64,000 bases of DNA from Candidatus Latescibacterota bacterium. GTDB lineage: Bacteria > Latescibacterota > UBA2968 > UBA8231. How positions within the stretch are numbered: the first letter of the stretch is position 1; each line of letters starts with the position of its first letter. The position numbers and the translations under genes are program-made. Shown piece after piece: positions 9,788 through 19,475 of this stretch. Under the pieces are notes generated by a model. That model saw only the letters and a list, made by a program, of their open reading frames with translations, had not been told where the DNA came from and made no database searches. The DNA lies in the NCBI GenBank assembly GCA_965215195.1, contig CBDCDC010000001.1:32001-96000 (forward strand), in the 5' to 3' direction.

Positions 9788-12535
9788 ATGGGTGCTCTTG
9801 ACCAAGTTAAAAGTTATCAAAGACTCGCCTACTACTACTACGCAAAGGGTGCATACGATCAAGCGATCGTCAATTACACTGAAGTGCTACGGCTCGATCC
9901 TGACCGTGCCTCAGCCTACAACAACCGAGGGGAGGCCTATCGGGGAAAGGGCGAGTATGACCAAGCGATCGCCGACTATGATCAGGCACTTCGGCTCGAT
10001 CCTGACCGTGCCTCAGCCTACAATAACCGAGGACTCGCCTATCAGGGAAAGGGCGAGTATGATCAAGCGATTGCTGACTATGATCAGGCACTTCGGCTCG
10101 ATCCGGGAGATGTCGTAGCCTACAACAACCGAGGGGACGCCTATTGCGAAAAGGGCGAGTATGACCAAGCGATTGCTGACTATGATCAAGCACTTCGGCT
10201 TGATCCTGACCGTGCCGTAGCCTACCACAACCGAGGATTCGCCTATTGCGAAAAGGGCGAGTATGACCAAGCGATTGCTGACTATGATCAAGCACTTCGG
10301 CTCGATCCTGACCGTGCCGTAGCCTACAGCAACCGAGGGGACGCCTATTACGAAAAGGGCGAGTATGACCAAGCGATCGCCGACTATGATCAAGCGCTTC
10401 GGCTTGATCCTGACCGTGCCGTAGCCTACAACAACCGAGGGGACGCCTATTGCGAAAAGGGCGAGTATGACCAAGCGATTGCTGACTATGATCAAGCACT
10501 TCGGCTCGATCCTGACCGTGCCGTAGCCTACTATAACCGAGGGGATGCCTATTGCGAAAAGGGCGAGTATGACCAAGCGATTGCTGACTATGATCAAGTG
10601 CTTCGGCTTGATCCTGACCGTGCCGTAGCCTACAGCAACCGAGGGGATGCCTATTACGTAAAGGGCGAGTATGACCAAGCGATTGCTGACTATGATCAAG
10701 CACTTCGGCTCGATCCTGATAGTGCCGTAGCCTACCACAACCGGGGACTTGCCTATTGCGAAAAGGGCGAGTATGACCAAGCGATTGCTGACTATGATCA
10801 AGCACTTCGGCTCGATCCTGATAGTGCCGTAGCCTACCACAACCGGGGACTTGCCTATTGCGAAAAGGGCGAGTATGACCAAGCGATTGCTGACTATGAT
10901 CAAGCACTTCGGCTTGATCCTGACCGTGCCTCAGCCTACAACAACCGAGGGGAGGCCTATCGGGGAAAGGGCGAGTATGACCAAGCGATCGCCGATTGTA
11001 CTGAAGCACTTCGGCTCGATCCGGGAGATGTCGTAGCCTACAACAACCGAGGGGATGCCTATCGGGGAAAGGGCGAGTATGACCAAGCGATTGCCGACTA
11101 TAATCAAGCACTTCGGCTCGATTCCAGCCTTGCCTTAGCCTACAATAGCCGAGGGGAGGCCTATCGGGGAAAGGGCGAGTATGACCAAGCGATCGCCGAC
11201 TATGATCAAGTGCTTCGGCTCGATCCGGGAGATGCCGTAGCCTACAACAACCGAGGACTCGCCTATTGCGAAAAGGGCGAGTATGACCAAGCGATCGCCA
11301 ATTGTACTGAAGCGCTTCGGATCGATTCCAGCCTTGACTCAGCCTACAGCAACCGAGGACTTGCCTATCACAAAAAGGGCGAGTATGACCAAGCGATTGC
11401 CGACTATGATCAGGCGCTTCGGCTCAATTCCAGCCTTGCCCTAGCCTACAACAACCGAGGGGATGCCTATCACAAAAAGGGCGAATATGATCAAGCGATT
11501 GCCGACTATGATCAGGCGCTTCGGCTCAATTCCAGCTTTGCCTTAGCCTACAATAACCGAGGACTCGCCTATTACGAAAAGAGCGACTATGATCAAGCGA
11601 TCACCGACTACGATCAAGCGCTTCGGATCGATTCCAGCCTTGCCGTAGCCTACAATAACCGAGGACTTGCCTATCACAAAAAGGGCGAGTATGATCAAGC
11701 GATTGCCGACTATGATCAAGCACTTCGGCTCAATTCCAGCCTTGCCTTAGCCTACAACAACCGAGGACTCGCCTATTACGTAAAGGGCGAGTATGATCGA
11801 GCGATCGCCAATTGTACTGAAGCACTTCGGCTCGATCCTGACCTTGCCTTAGCCTACAACAACCGAGGACTCGCTTATTGTGCAAAGGGCGAGTATGATC
11901 AAACGATCACCGATTGTACTGAAGCACTTCGGCTCGATCCTGACCTTGCCTTAGCCTACAACAACCGAGGACTCGCCTATTGTGCAAAGGACGAGTATGA
12001 TCAAACGATCACCGATTGTACTGAAGCACTTCGGCTCGATTCCAGCCTTGACTCAGCCTACAATAACCGAGGGCTTGCCTATCACGTAAAGGGCGAGTAT
12101 GACCGGGCTATCGAAGACTACGACAACGCCGTCAGATTTAAGCCTGACCATGCTACAATTTGTCTCAACAGGGGTGTCCTCTACCACGATCTAATAGATA
12201 ATTTAACAGACGCATATGACCGGGCTATTGAAGACTACGACAACGCCGTCAGGCTCTGCCCTAATTATGAGACCGACTTCATGGATCGTAACTTCGCATA
12301 CGGAGGCCAGGATTCGGTTGACAGGGCTATCGAACTATTGGAGAGCAAAATTGGGGATATCTATAACCCTGAAAGTGATGCCGACTACTACTACTTAGGA
12401 GTAGAATCACTATTCAGGAACGACCGGCTTACCGCCCAGAGGTGTTTCGAGTGGGCGGAGGAGCTAGGTTATGACGATGGGGCTAACGGGGTCAAGCTCG
12501 CAAAGCATCTTGAGAACTTGACGAATCCGGAATAG
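9788..12535 (+). CDS. tetratricopeptide repeat protein (~23 near-identical TPRs)
   Basis: 34-aa unit AYNNRGxAYxxKGEYDQAIADYDQALRLDPD; RBS GAGGAGG before ATG. Confidence 0.95.
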   Translation: MGALDQVKSYQRLAYYYYAKGAYDQAIVNYTEVLRLDPDRASAYNNRGEAYRGKGEYDQAIADYDQALRLDPDRASAYNNRGLAYQGKGEYDQAIADYDQALRLDPGDVVAYNNRGDAYCEKGEYDQAIADYDQALRLDPDRAVAYHNRGFAYCEKGEYDQAIADYDQALRLDPDRAVAYSNRGDAYYEKGEYDQAIADYDQALRLDPDRAVAYNNRGDAYCEKGEYDQAIADYDQALRLDPDRAVAYYNRGDAYCEKGEYDQAIADYDQVLRLDPDRAVAYSNRGDAYYVKGEYDQAIADYDQALRLDPDSAVAYHNRGLAYCEKGEYDQAIADYDQALRLDPDSAVAYHNRGLAYCEKGEYDQAIADYDQALRLDPDRASAYNNRGEAYRGKGEYDQAIADCTEALRLDPGDVVAYNNRGDAYRGKGEYDQAIADYNQALRLDSSLALAYNSRGEAYRGKGEYDQAIADYDQVLRLDPGDAVAYNNRGLAYCEKGEYDQAIANCTEALRIDSSLDSAYSNRGLAYHKKGEYDQAIADYDQALRLNSSLALAYNNRGDAYHKKGEYDQAIADYDQALRLNSSFALAYNNRGLAYYEKSDYDQAITDYDQALRIDSSLAVAYNNRGLAYHKKGEYDQAIADYDQALRLNSSLALAYNNRGLAYYVKGEYDRAIANCTEALRLDPDLALAYNNRGLAYCAKGEYDQTITDCTEALRLDPDLALAYNNRGLAYCAKDEYDQTITDCTEALRLDSSLDSAYNNRGLAYHVKGEYDRAIEDYDNAVRFKPDHATICLNRGVLYHDLIDNLTDAYDRAIEDYDNAVRLCPNYETDFMDRNFAYGGQDSVDRAIELLESKIGDIYNPESDADYYYLGVESLFRNDRLTAQRCFEWAEELGYDDGANGVKLAKHLENLTNPE
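9820..12270 (+). repeat. 102-bp tandem repeat array encoding the TPRs
   Basis: Recurrent AAGGGCGAGTATGACCAAGCGATTGCTGACTATGATCAAGCACTTCGGCT at 102-bp spacing. Confidence 0.95.
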
Positions 12536-12611
12536 CGGGCCGAAAATTCCGTTCTCGCGGCCCGTATTATCCGGCGCATTGGGACAGGCACATAAGGCGT
12601 TACGGCAGGAG

Positions 12612-14504
12612 TTAGCGGCGGGATGGCGGGCTTTGTATTCTCTGACGCAATTCCAAGGTTCTCTTGTAGCTCTCATCGGCAACAATGATGAGCATTGCCT
12701 TAGCCCGGCTCATGCCGGTATAGAGCATTTTTCGTAGATGTTTCTCGCGCGGTAGGGTGACATCTCCTCCTATAGTAACCGTTTGGCCGTCGGTTACAGG
12801 AATAACCAGAATAGCCACTTCGCTTTCCAAGCCTTGGAAGTCATACACATCGCTGTACCTGAGTATGTTGTTTGGAGAGGTATCTTTGGGAATCAGAACG
12901 TCTTCTTGGTCCCTGAAGGTTGCTCCTTCTGCCTCGCGTATATTTAATAGTTTCCAGCCACCATAGCTGCCGGCAGCATCAAACCCATCGTCGTCGCTGG
13001 ACAGTAGGATAAGCTGCCAAGAGCGGAACTCTCTCTCTTTGAGGTCGCTGACTAGGCGGTCTAACAGCTTCCGCAGGTCTTCCCCAGGTCCGAAGTATTC
13101 AATTTGAACGTCTGGCCCATGCACGCCGGAGATTGGGGGCGATTCAATATCGGTTAATTCGGCAACTTTCTTCGCTATCTGATGGGTATTCCGACAGTTA
13201 TTTCTCAACGTAATGCTAGGCAAGTCGCGGCTCTTGATAAAGTCTTTCAGTGCGTCTCTGCCGTCGTTGATGCGCTGATGGGAGACGATATCTTGATTAG
13301 TGAAATCGCCGAACATGGTAAAGCGTCCGGTGGTCAACCCACCTTTCAACAGCGCGTCCATCAACTTCAGAAATATCTCGTCGCACAGATTCTGGGCCTC
13401 ATCGACAACTAGATAATCGAAGATGATCCCTTGTCCCAAGTCTTTGACTGTCTCATCTACGAATGAAGACCATTTATCATCTAAGTAGCCGAATGTTAGC
13501 GATTTTTCGAGTTCGGGAGAATTGGCCAGTCTCTGCTGGTGCCTGTCCAAGGAGGCACTGTCCTCTCTGAATATCCAGGATGGCAGGGTCGCGGGCGTAC
13601 CCGCCACGATCTCGCCGCTGTTGTCGGCGGAAAGCTCCTTGGCCCATCGCTCAAAACGATGGCTTAGGTTAGGGTTGCTGCACAGCAGGGCGACGGTCTC
13701 GCCGGCCTCGCAGCGGCGTTTGGCGAGTTCCATGGCGAGAACGGTCTTACCCGTACCTGCCGCGCCGTTAATGGCGCAACGAGGGTTTTCTTCCGCTATA
13801 TCTAGGCTATTGATTTGATCGGCTGTCAGGCGCAACAACTGCGGGCGACGGGTCTCCAATTCAGAGCGGAATATCGTTTTCGGGTCTTCCGGTCCTATTT
13901 CCATATCAGGCTCCAAGTCATTTCGCAGTTTGTTCAAATCTATCTGTGCAAGTTGAAAGGACCAATCCTCGCTAAGAGCGTTGCTTACCTTTTTCCGGCG
14001 CATTTGGTCGGCACGATCTTTCAATATTCTGACGAGTTTATCGGGGTTCCGGGCGTTGCGGGAACCTATCGACAACGCTAGGTGTGAAGAAGTGGCAGCA
14101 TTGGAAATTTTCCCATCCGTGAACGCCACGGCACAGTCAAGCGAAAGCAGGGATTTTTCACGAAAATGGGTACGCTCAAATTGTTTTTTTAGAGCGAACA
14201 TAGCATCTTTGGACTGGTCGAGAGGAGAACGTAACGATTCGTCGGTGGATTTCTTGTACCACTGTCCCTTCCTTGTTTCGTAATGACCGCCTTTCACTTC
14301 TAAGCAGATAACTGAGCAGTACTCGGGGATGAGGATGACGAAATCAATCTCGCGAGGTCTTGTGCTATGGCTGGGATTTTCCACGTATTTTGAGTAAAAT
14401 ACCTCCCAATCTCTGGCTTGGGCAGCCTTTTTAAGATTATTGAATATGATTCTTTCCGACTCTGGGGCGTCTTCAGGAATTACATCGGGAATCATTATGG
14501 CCAT
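12612..14504 (-). CDS. NERD nuclease domain fused to a superfamily 1 (UvrD-like) helicase/ATPase
   Basis: NERD REIDFVIL...LEVKGG; Walker A GAAGTGKT; Walker B VVDEAQ; NCRNT; FQGLES; YTGMSRA; start MAIMIP at 14504 with AGAGGA upstream. Confidence 0.85.
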   Translation of the reverse strand: MAIMIPDVIPEDAPESERIIFNNLKKAAQARDWEVFYSKYVENPSHSTRPREIDFVILIPEYCSVICLEVKGGHYETRKGQWYKKSTDESLRSPLDQSKDAMFALKKQFERTHFREKSLLSLDCAVAFTDGKISNAATSSHLALSIGSRNARNPDKLVRILKDRADQMRRKKVSNALSEDWSFQLAQIDLNKLRNDLEPDMEIGPEDPKTIFRSELETRRPQLLRLTADQINSLDIAEENPRCAINGAAGTGKTVLAMELAKRRCEAGETVALLCSNPNLSHRFERWAKELSADNSGEIVAGTPATLPSWIFREDSASLDRHQQRLANSPELEKSLTFGYLDDKWSSFVDETVKDLGQGIIFDYLVVDEAQNLCDEIFLKLMDALLKGGLTTGRFTMFGDFTNQDIVSHQRINDGRDALKDFIKSRDLPSITLRNNCRNTHQIAKKVAELTDIESPPISGVHGPDVQIEYFGPGEDLRKLLDRLVSDLKEREFRSWQLILLSSDDDGFDAAGSYGGWKLLNIREAEGATFRDQEDVLIPKDTSPNNILRYSDVYDFQGLESEVAILVIPVTDGQTVTIGGDVTLPREKHLRKMLYTGMSRAKAMLIIVADESYKRTLELRQRIQSPPSRR

Positions 14505-14819
14505 ATCGCAACTTCCTCTTTTACTAAAAAATGCTTTAGAACTCTTAAAAACCACTCTATTTGCTCTCTTGTCAACCTCCGTACAGGGCCGCTTGTCGGG
14601 GCTTTGTAATGATGGCCGAGACGTACCAACTGTATCAACCGGGACGATGTGGGCCAAATTAAGCGTGGTATCGGAGGGGAGGAATGGGCCAGGTGAGCAA
14701 GCCGTTATTTTCGGAACCGCGCCAGATGCAAAGAGCACGGGCGTTGGTTTGGCACGATTTTTTCTGTGTTGTACACAACGCAGCGCAGCGCGCCCATGGC
14801 GTGACCCCGGAGGGACAGA

Positions 14820-15497
14820 ATGGGCAAAATGGAAACACTACAGACGTGGGGCCGCGCCCTGTTGGACTTTGCCTATCCGCCGCACTGCGCGGTGTGCGAA
14901 GCGGACATCGAAGCCGCCGACCTGCTGTGTGGGTCGTGCTGGGCGGAGATTGCGCCGGACCGCTCGCGTCCCCAAGCCGAGGACGGAGGAAGTCCGTTTG
15001 AAAAGGTCGTCGCCTTGGGGCCGTTCACCGGTGCGCTGCAACAGGCCATTTACGCGCTTAAATTTCGCAACCAAGTGCGGCTAGGGCGGGCACTGGGCGA
15101 GCGCATGGGGCAGTGCTTGGCCGAGCAACTTGCTCCGCTGGATTGCTTGTTACCCGTGCCCTTGCACCCGGCGCGGCTGCGGGAGCGCGGGTACAACCAG
15201 AGCGCGGAAATCGCCGCCGGGTTGGGGGCCGCGCTCGGCGTCCCTGTGTGCGATAGAGTCGTGCGGCGGCGGAGAAATACTCGACAGCAAGCCCTGTTGT
15301 CGGCCGAGGAACGCCGCGCCAATCTCCGCGGTGCCTTTGCGCTCACGGCCGCGCCGCCCGCAGGCACTCGGATCGGAATAGTAGATGACGTGTGGACGAC
15401 CGGAGAGACCATGGTCGCCTGTGCCCAAGCCGTGAGGGGCGACCGCCTGTGGGCCGTTGTCTTGGCGCGCTCGGGGCCGGGCGATCTATTGACCTAA
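14820..15497 (+). CDS. comF: ComF family phosphoribosyltransferase-like protein
   Basis: YPPHCAVC..LCGSC zinc ribbon, PVPLH, RERGYNQS, VDDVWTTGET. Confidence 0.88.
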   Translation: MGKMETLQTWGRALLDFAYPPHCAVCEADIEAADLLCGSCWAEIAPDRSRPQAEDGGSPFEKVVALGPFTGALQQAIYALKFRNQVRLGRALGERMGQCLAEQLAPLDCLLPVPLHPARLRERGYNQSAEIAAGLGAALGVPVCDRVVRRRRNTRQQALLSAEERRANLRGAFALTAAPPAGTRIGIVDDVWTTGETMVACAQAVRGDRLWAVVLARSGPGDLLT

Positions 15498-15517
15498 TTC
15501 TAATAATTGCCTACATT
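15489..15517 (+). promoter_or_regulatory. sigma70-type promoter of pfk-pgk-tpiA
   Basis: TTGACC, 17 nt spacer, TACATT in an AT-rich patch upstream of pfk. Confidence 0.55.
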
Positions 15518-15586
15518 TAGGCCCCTTTGGAATCCCCCATACTCCAATCCCTACACAGAGCTGACCGCGAGCCAAGGAGTCTGAAT

Positions 15587-16639
15587 ATGGCCGAAAAGAC
15601 GATCGGCATATTGACCGGAGGCGGCGACTGTCCGGGCCTCAACGCCGTCATTCGCGCTGTGGTGCGCAAGGGCATTACTGCATACCACTACCGCTTTCGC
15701 GGCATTCTCAAGGGCTGGAAAGGAATGATGGAGTGCGACTGGGAGCCTTTGGGTCTGGAGGAGATTTCCGGCATCTTGCCCAAGGGCGGCACCATCCTCG
15801 GCACGTCGCGCACCAACCCGTTCAAAGAGGAAGACGGCGGCGAAATCGTCGTCGATAACATGCGGCGGATGAAGTTGGGTGCGCTCGTGGCCATCGGCGG
15901 TGAGGACACGCTAGGAGTGGCCAACAAGTTGGCGAGCATGGGCGTGCCGGTCGTGGGCGTGCCCAAGACCATTGACAACGATCTGAACGGCACGGACTAC
16001 ACCTTTGGCTTTGACACGGCGGTCAATATCGTCACCGAGGCTATCGACCGAATTCACACCACGGCCGAATCCCACAATCGAGTGATGGTCATCGAGGTCA
16101 TGGGGCGGCACAGCGGTTGGATCGCCCTCTACGCCGGCTTGGCCGGTGGCGCGGATATGATCCTCATTCCCGAGCAGAAATACACCATCGCGGAAGTCGT
16201 CAACACCATCCGCAAGCGGCACGAGCGCGGCAAGGACTTTTCGATTGTAGTAGTGGCCGAGGGGGCGCAACTGATTTCTGCGGAAGGCGGGGCGGAAGAA
16301 TACGTGGTCTCCAAGGGGGGACTCGACGAGTTCGGCCACGTCAAGCTGGGCGGTATCGGCCAACTCGTCGCCAACGCGGTCGAGGAGGCCACGAGCTACG
16401 AGACGCGGGTTACGGTGCTGGGGCACTTGCAGCGCGGGGGGACGCCCACGGCCTTTGACCGCGTCTTGGGTACGCGCTTTGGCATTGCCGCCATCGACTT
16501 GGTGCATGCCGGCGACTTCGGCAAGATGGTGAGTCTGCAAGGCAATGAAATCGTGGCGATCCCGCTCGCCGAGGCGGTCAATCAGCTCAAGGTCGTTGAC
16601 CAAGAGCTATACGACCTAGCCACGGTATTTTTCGGTTAA
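15587..16639 (+). CDS. pfkA: 6-phosphofructokinase (PfkA family), probably PPi-dependent
   Basis: TGGGDCPGLN, GGTILGTSR, GGEDT, PKTIDND, EVMGRH, LGHLQRGG; AAGGAG RBS before ATG 15587. Confidence 0.93.
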   Translation: MAEKTIGILTGGGDCPGLNAVIRAVVRKGITAYHYRFRGILKGWKGMMECDWEPLGLEEISGILPKGGTILGTSRTNPFKEEDGGEIVVDNMRRMKLGALVAIGGEDTLGVANKLASMGVPVVGVPKTIDNDLNGTDYTFGFDTAVNIVTEAIDRIHTTAESHNRVMVIEVMGRHSGWIALYAGLAGGADMILIPEQKYTIAEVVNTIRKRHERGKDFSIVVVAEGAQLISAEGGAEEYVVSKGGLDEFGHVKLGGIGQLVANAVEEATSYETRVTVLGHLQRGGTPTAFDRVLGTRFGIAAIDLVHAGDFGKMVSLQGNEIVAIPLAEAVNQLKVVDQELYDLATVFFG

Positions 16640-16643
16640 TTTT

Positions 16644-17846
16644 ATGGCCAAGCGCACCATTAGGGAGCTCGATGTCGCTGGCAAGCGAGTGCTCGTGCGA
16701 GTGGATTTCAACGTGCCGCTCAACGAGACCGGCCGGATCGTCGACGACACGCGGATTCGCGCAGCCCTGCCAACGGTTGAGCACTTATTGGCGCAGGGTG
16801 CGTCCGCAATTTTGATGTCGCACTTGGGCCGCCCCCGCGGCCGACGAGTACCCGCGCTATCGCTGGCCCCGGTAGCCGAGCACTTGAGCGAGTTGTTGGG
16901 ACGCGCAGTGGGCATGGCTCCAGACTGCGTGGGGGCCGAGGTCGCGGCCCAAGCCGCTGCCTTGCAGCCGGGGCAGGTCCTGCTCTTAGAGAACGTGCGC
17001 TTCCACCCGGAAGAGGAGCAAAACGAGCGGACTTTTGCGCAGCACTTGGCCGCGTTGGGCGATGCGTACGTCAACGACGCCTTTGGGGCGGCGCACCGAG
17101 CCCACGCTTCGACCGAGGGGGTGCCGCGCTGGATGGGGACGGGAGTCAGCGGCCTGTTGCTGGAGCGGGAAATTGCCTATCTCGACGAGGCCCTGCGCCG
17201 TCCGCAGCGGCCCTTTATCGCGGTTTTGGGCGGGGCCAAGATCTCGGGCAAGATCGAGCTGATTGAGCACTTGCTCAGCCGGGTGGATGCCCTGCTCATC
17301 GGCGGCGGTATGGCCTATACCTTTTTCAAGGCCATGGGGCTGGAGATCGGGGATTCGCTGCTCGAAGAGGACCGCCTAGATACGGCCCGGCAGCTATTGA
17401 CCCAAGTCGCAAATGGGGGATTGGATCTCCAGCTTCCCGCGGATTGCGTAGTCGCCGACCGCTTTGCCGCCAACGCCGAGGCGCAAGTGGTCGCCCGCGA
17501 CGCCATACCCCGCGGTTGGCAGGGCATGGACATCGGCCCTCAGACCCGGCAGTGCTACGCCGACCAGATCGCCCGGGGAGGCACCATTGTGTGGAACGGC
17601 CCTCTCGGAGTGTGCGAGATGGTGCCTTTTGCCGAGGGGACCCAACAGGTCGCCCAAGCCCTAGCGGCCGCCACCCGCGAGGGTGCCTTGAGCATTATTG
17701 GCGGCGGGGACACGGCCGCGGCTGTAGTCCAAGCTGGCTTGGCCCCAGCGATGACCCACATCTCCACTGGGGGTGGGGCTTCGCTAGAGTGCATGAGCGG
17801 GCGGGTTTTGCCCGGGGTGGCGGCCTTGGACGACGAGGAAATCTGA
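16644..17846 (+). CDS. pgk: phosphoglycerate kinase
   Basis: RVDFNVP, SHLGRP, LLENVRF, NDAFGAAHRAHAS, GGGDT, HISTGGGASL. Confidence 0.97.
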   Translation: MAKRTIRELDVAGKRVLVRVDFNVPLNETGRIVDDTRIRAALPTVEHLLAQGASAILMSHLGRPRGRRVPALSLAPVAEHLSELLGRAVGMAPDCVGAEVAAQAAALQPGQVLLLENVRFHPEEEQNERTFAQHLAALGDAYVNDAFGAAHRAHASTEGVPRWMGTGVSGLLLEREIAYLDEALRRPQRPFIAVLGGAKISGKIELIEHLLSRVDALLIGGGMAYTFFKAMGLEIGDSLLEEDRLDTARQLLTQVANGGLDLQLPADCVVADRFAANAEAQVVARDAIPRGWQGMDIGPQTRQCYADQIARGGTIVWNGPLGVCEMVPFAEGTQQVAQALAAATREGALSIIGGGDTAAAVVQAGLAPAMTHISTGGGASLECMSGRVLPGVAALDDEEI

Positions 17847-17847
17847 G

Positions 17848-18600
17848 ATGCGCCGAGCCATTGTCGCTGGCAACTGGAAGATGCACAAGACCGCTGCTGA
17901 GGCCGTTGAGCTGGTCGCAGGGATCAAGCCGCTCGTCGCCGGGCTCGACGCAGAAGTAGTAGTCTGCCCGCCCTTCACTTGCCTAGAAGCCGTGCGCTTG
18001 GCCCTTGCCGACAGCGCCATTGGGCTGGGGGCCCAGAACATGCACTGGGAGCGGCAAGGAGCTTTCACCGGAGAAATATCCTCGGACATGCTCTTGGCGG
18101 CTGGTTGCTCTTATGTGCTGCTAGGGCACTCCGAGAGAAGACAGTTCTGCGGCGAAGACGACTCGCTGGTCAACCGCAAGCTAGCCTGCGCCCTCCAAGC
18201 CGGACTTTGCCCGATCATCTGCGTCGGCGAGACCCTGCAAGAGCGCGAAGCCGGCCGAATTGAGGAGGTCGTCCTCGGCCAAGTGGGCGGTGCCCTAGCC
18301 GGGATTGAGGCGAGCGCAGCCAGCGCGGTACTGTGGGCGTACGAGCCGGTTTGGGCGATTGGCACCGGCGCGACCGCAACGGCCGCGCAAGCCGAAGAGG
18401 TACATGCGATGATCCGCCACTTTCTCGCTCGGCACTTGGGAAAAGCAGCCGCTGACGAGGTGCGCATCCAGTACGGCGGCAGCGTCAAGCCCGCAAACGC
18501 AGCCGAGCTCTTTGCCCAAGACAACATTGACGGAGGCTTGATCGGCGGTGCCGCGCTGGATGCTGGGCATTTCGCCGCTATTGTGAAGGCCGCCCTTTAA
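17848..18600 (+). CDS. tpiA: triosephosphate isomerase
   Basis: AGNWKM, GAFTGE, GHSERR, AYEPVWAIGTG, YGGSVK. Confidence 0.97.
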   Translation: MRRAIVAGNWKMHKTAAEAVELVAGIKPLVAGLDAEVVVCPPFTCLEAVRLALADSAIGLGAQNMHWERQGAFTGEISSDMLLAAGCSYVLLGHSERRQFCGEDDSLVNRKLACALQAGLCPIICVGETLQEREAGRIEEVVLGQVGGALAGIEASAASAVLWAYEPVWAIGTGATATAAQAEEVHAMIRHFLARHLGKAAADEVRIQYGGSVKPANAAELFAQDNIDGGLIGGAALDAGHFAAIVKAAL

Positions 18601-18675
18601 CCTTAAATTTACTTTAATTGTGAATTGGGGGCGGCGAAATTCCCAATTCCTAGACTCGGAAGCTATCACAAGACT

Positions 18676-19059
18676 ATGTTTGAGATTCTATTTACGATTT
18701 TTCACGTGCTGATTTGCTTGCTCCTAGTCGTGACCGTGCTCTTGCAGGCGGGCAAGGGGGGCGGCTTGGCCGGATCGATCGGCGGCGGTTTAGCCTCTTC
18801 TTCGGTATTGGGCGGCCGCACCGCAGCCACGTTTCTGACCAAGGCCACGACCGTTTTGGCCACGGCCTTTATGCTTAGCTGTTTGGTGCAGTCGGTGGCC
18901 TTTCAGACGGCCGAGACCACCCCGACGACGGCAACGCAACGGACGATGACCGAGCAACAGGTGCCCGCGGTGCCCGCCATTCCGGAAGCAGAGCACCTGC
19001 TGGGCGAGAAGGAAGAGTCGGCCGAGGCCAGTGAGGAGCCGCCAGCCGAGGCTCCATAG
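18676..19059 (+). CDS. secG: preprotein translocase subunit SecG
   Basis: VLLQAGKGGGL...FLTKAT, two TM helices; canonical tpiA-secG-tRNA-Leu synteny. Confidence 0.9.
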   Translation: MFEILFTIFHVLICLLLVVTVLLQAGKGGGLAGSIGGGLASSSVLGGRTAATFLTKATTVLATAFMLSCLVQSVAFQTAETTPTTATQRTMTEQQVPAVPAIPEAEHLLGEKEESAEASEEPPAEAP

Positions 19060-19079
19060 CCGGCCAGCCTAGTTTTTGT

Positions 19080-19164
19080 GCCGAAGTGGTGAAATTGGTA
19101 GACACGCTGTCTTGAGGGGGCAGTGCCTTCGGGCGTCGGGGTTCGAATCCCCGCTTCGGCACCA
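19080..19164 (+). tRNA. tRNA-Leu (GAG)
   Basis: GCCGAAGTGGTGAAATTGGTAGACACGCTGTCTTGAGGGGGCAGTG...GGTTCGAATCCCCGCTTCGGCACCA; long variable arm. Confidence 0.95.
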
Positions 19165-19178
19165 TAATGTAGTTGGCA

Positions 19179-19212
19179 AAGGGACTGTATAAGCGCACAG
19201 TCCCTTATTTTT
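19179..19212 (+). terminator. intrinsic terminator after tRNA-Leu
   Basis: AAGGGACTGT-8nt-ACAGTCCCTT followed by ATTTTT. Confidence 0.7.
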
Positions 19213-19226
19213 ATGCGACGCGGTCG

Positions 19227-19475
19227 CTAGCGGAGTGGAATGGCCTCGTCGAGGAGCAGGATGGGGATTTCGTCTTGGATCGGATAGAGGTACGCGCCAT
19301 CTGCGCGCACTAGGCCACCGTCGAGTTTACCTTCTACGGTTTTGCCGGCCCGATTTTTGACTTCCCCGCGCACAATGCGGCTGTTGAGCGCGGCGATGAG
19401 TTCTTCCTCGGCGAGTGCCACTGGCTCTTTGGTCTCGGGGCAGGCGAGAATCGCCAGCAGTTCTTCGTCAATCAT
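19227..19475 (-). CDS. Trm112/YcaR family small protein
   Basis: LLAILACPETK...YPIQDEIPILLLDEA; GAGGAG RBS. Confidence 0.85.
   Translation of the reverse strand: MIDEELLAILACPETKEPVALAEEELIAALNSRIVRGEVKNRAGKTVEGKLDGGLVRADGAYLYPIQDEIPILLLDEAIPLR

Noticed and set aside
9870-11111. Long antisense ORFs (413 aa and 296 aa) over the TPR gene
   Set aside because: Shadow frames kept open by the stop-free repeat unit.
9820-12270. Regular repeat array as a CRISPR array
   Set aside because: 102-bp in-frame coding repeats with no unique spacers and no cas genes.
9788-12535. Diversity-generating retroelement acting on the TPR gene
   Set aside because: No reverse transcriptase or separate template repeat in the window, and changes are not confined to adenines.
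14505-14738. N-terminal extension of the NERD-helicase in the ORF track
   Set aside because: RBS and the typical NERD start MAIMIP indicate 14504; the extension looks non-coding.
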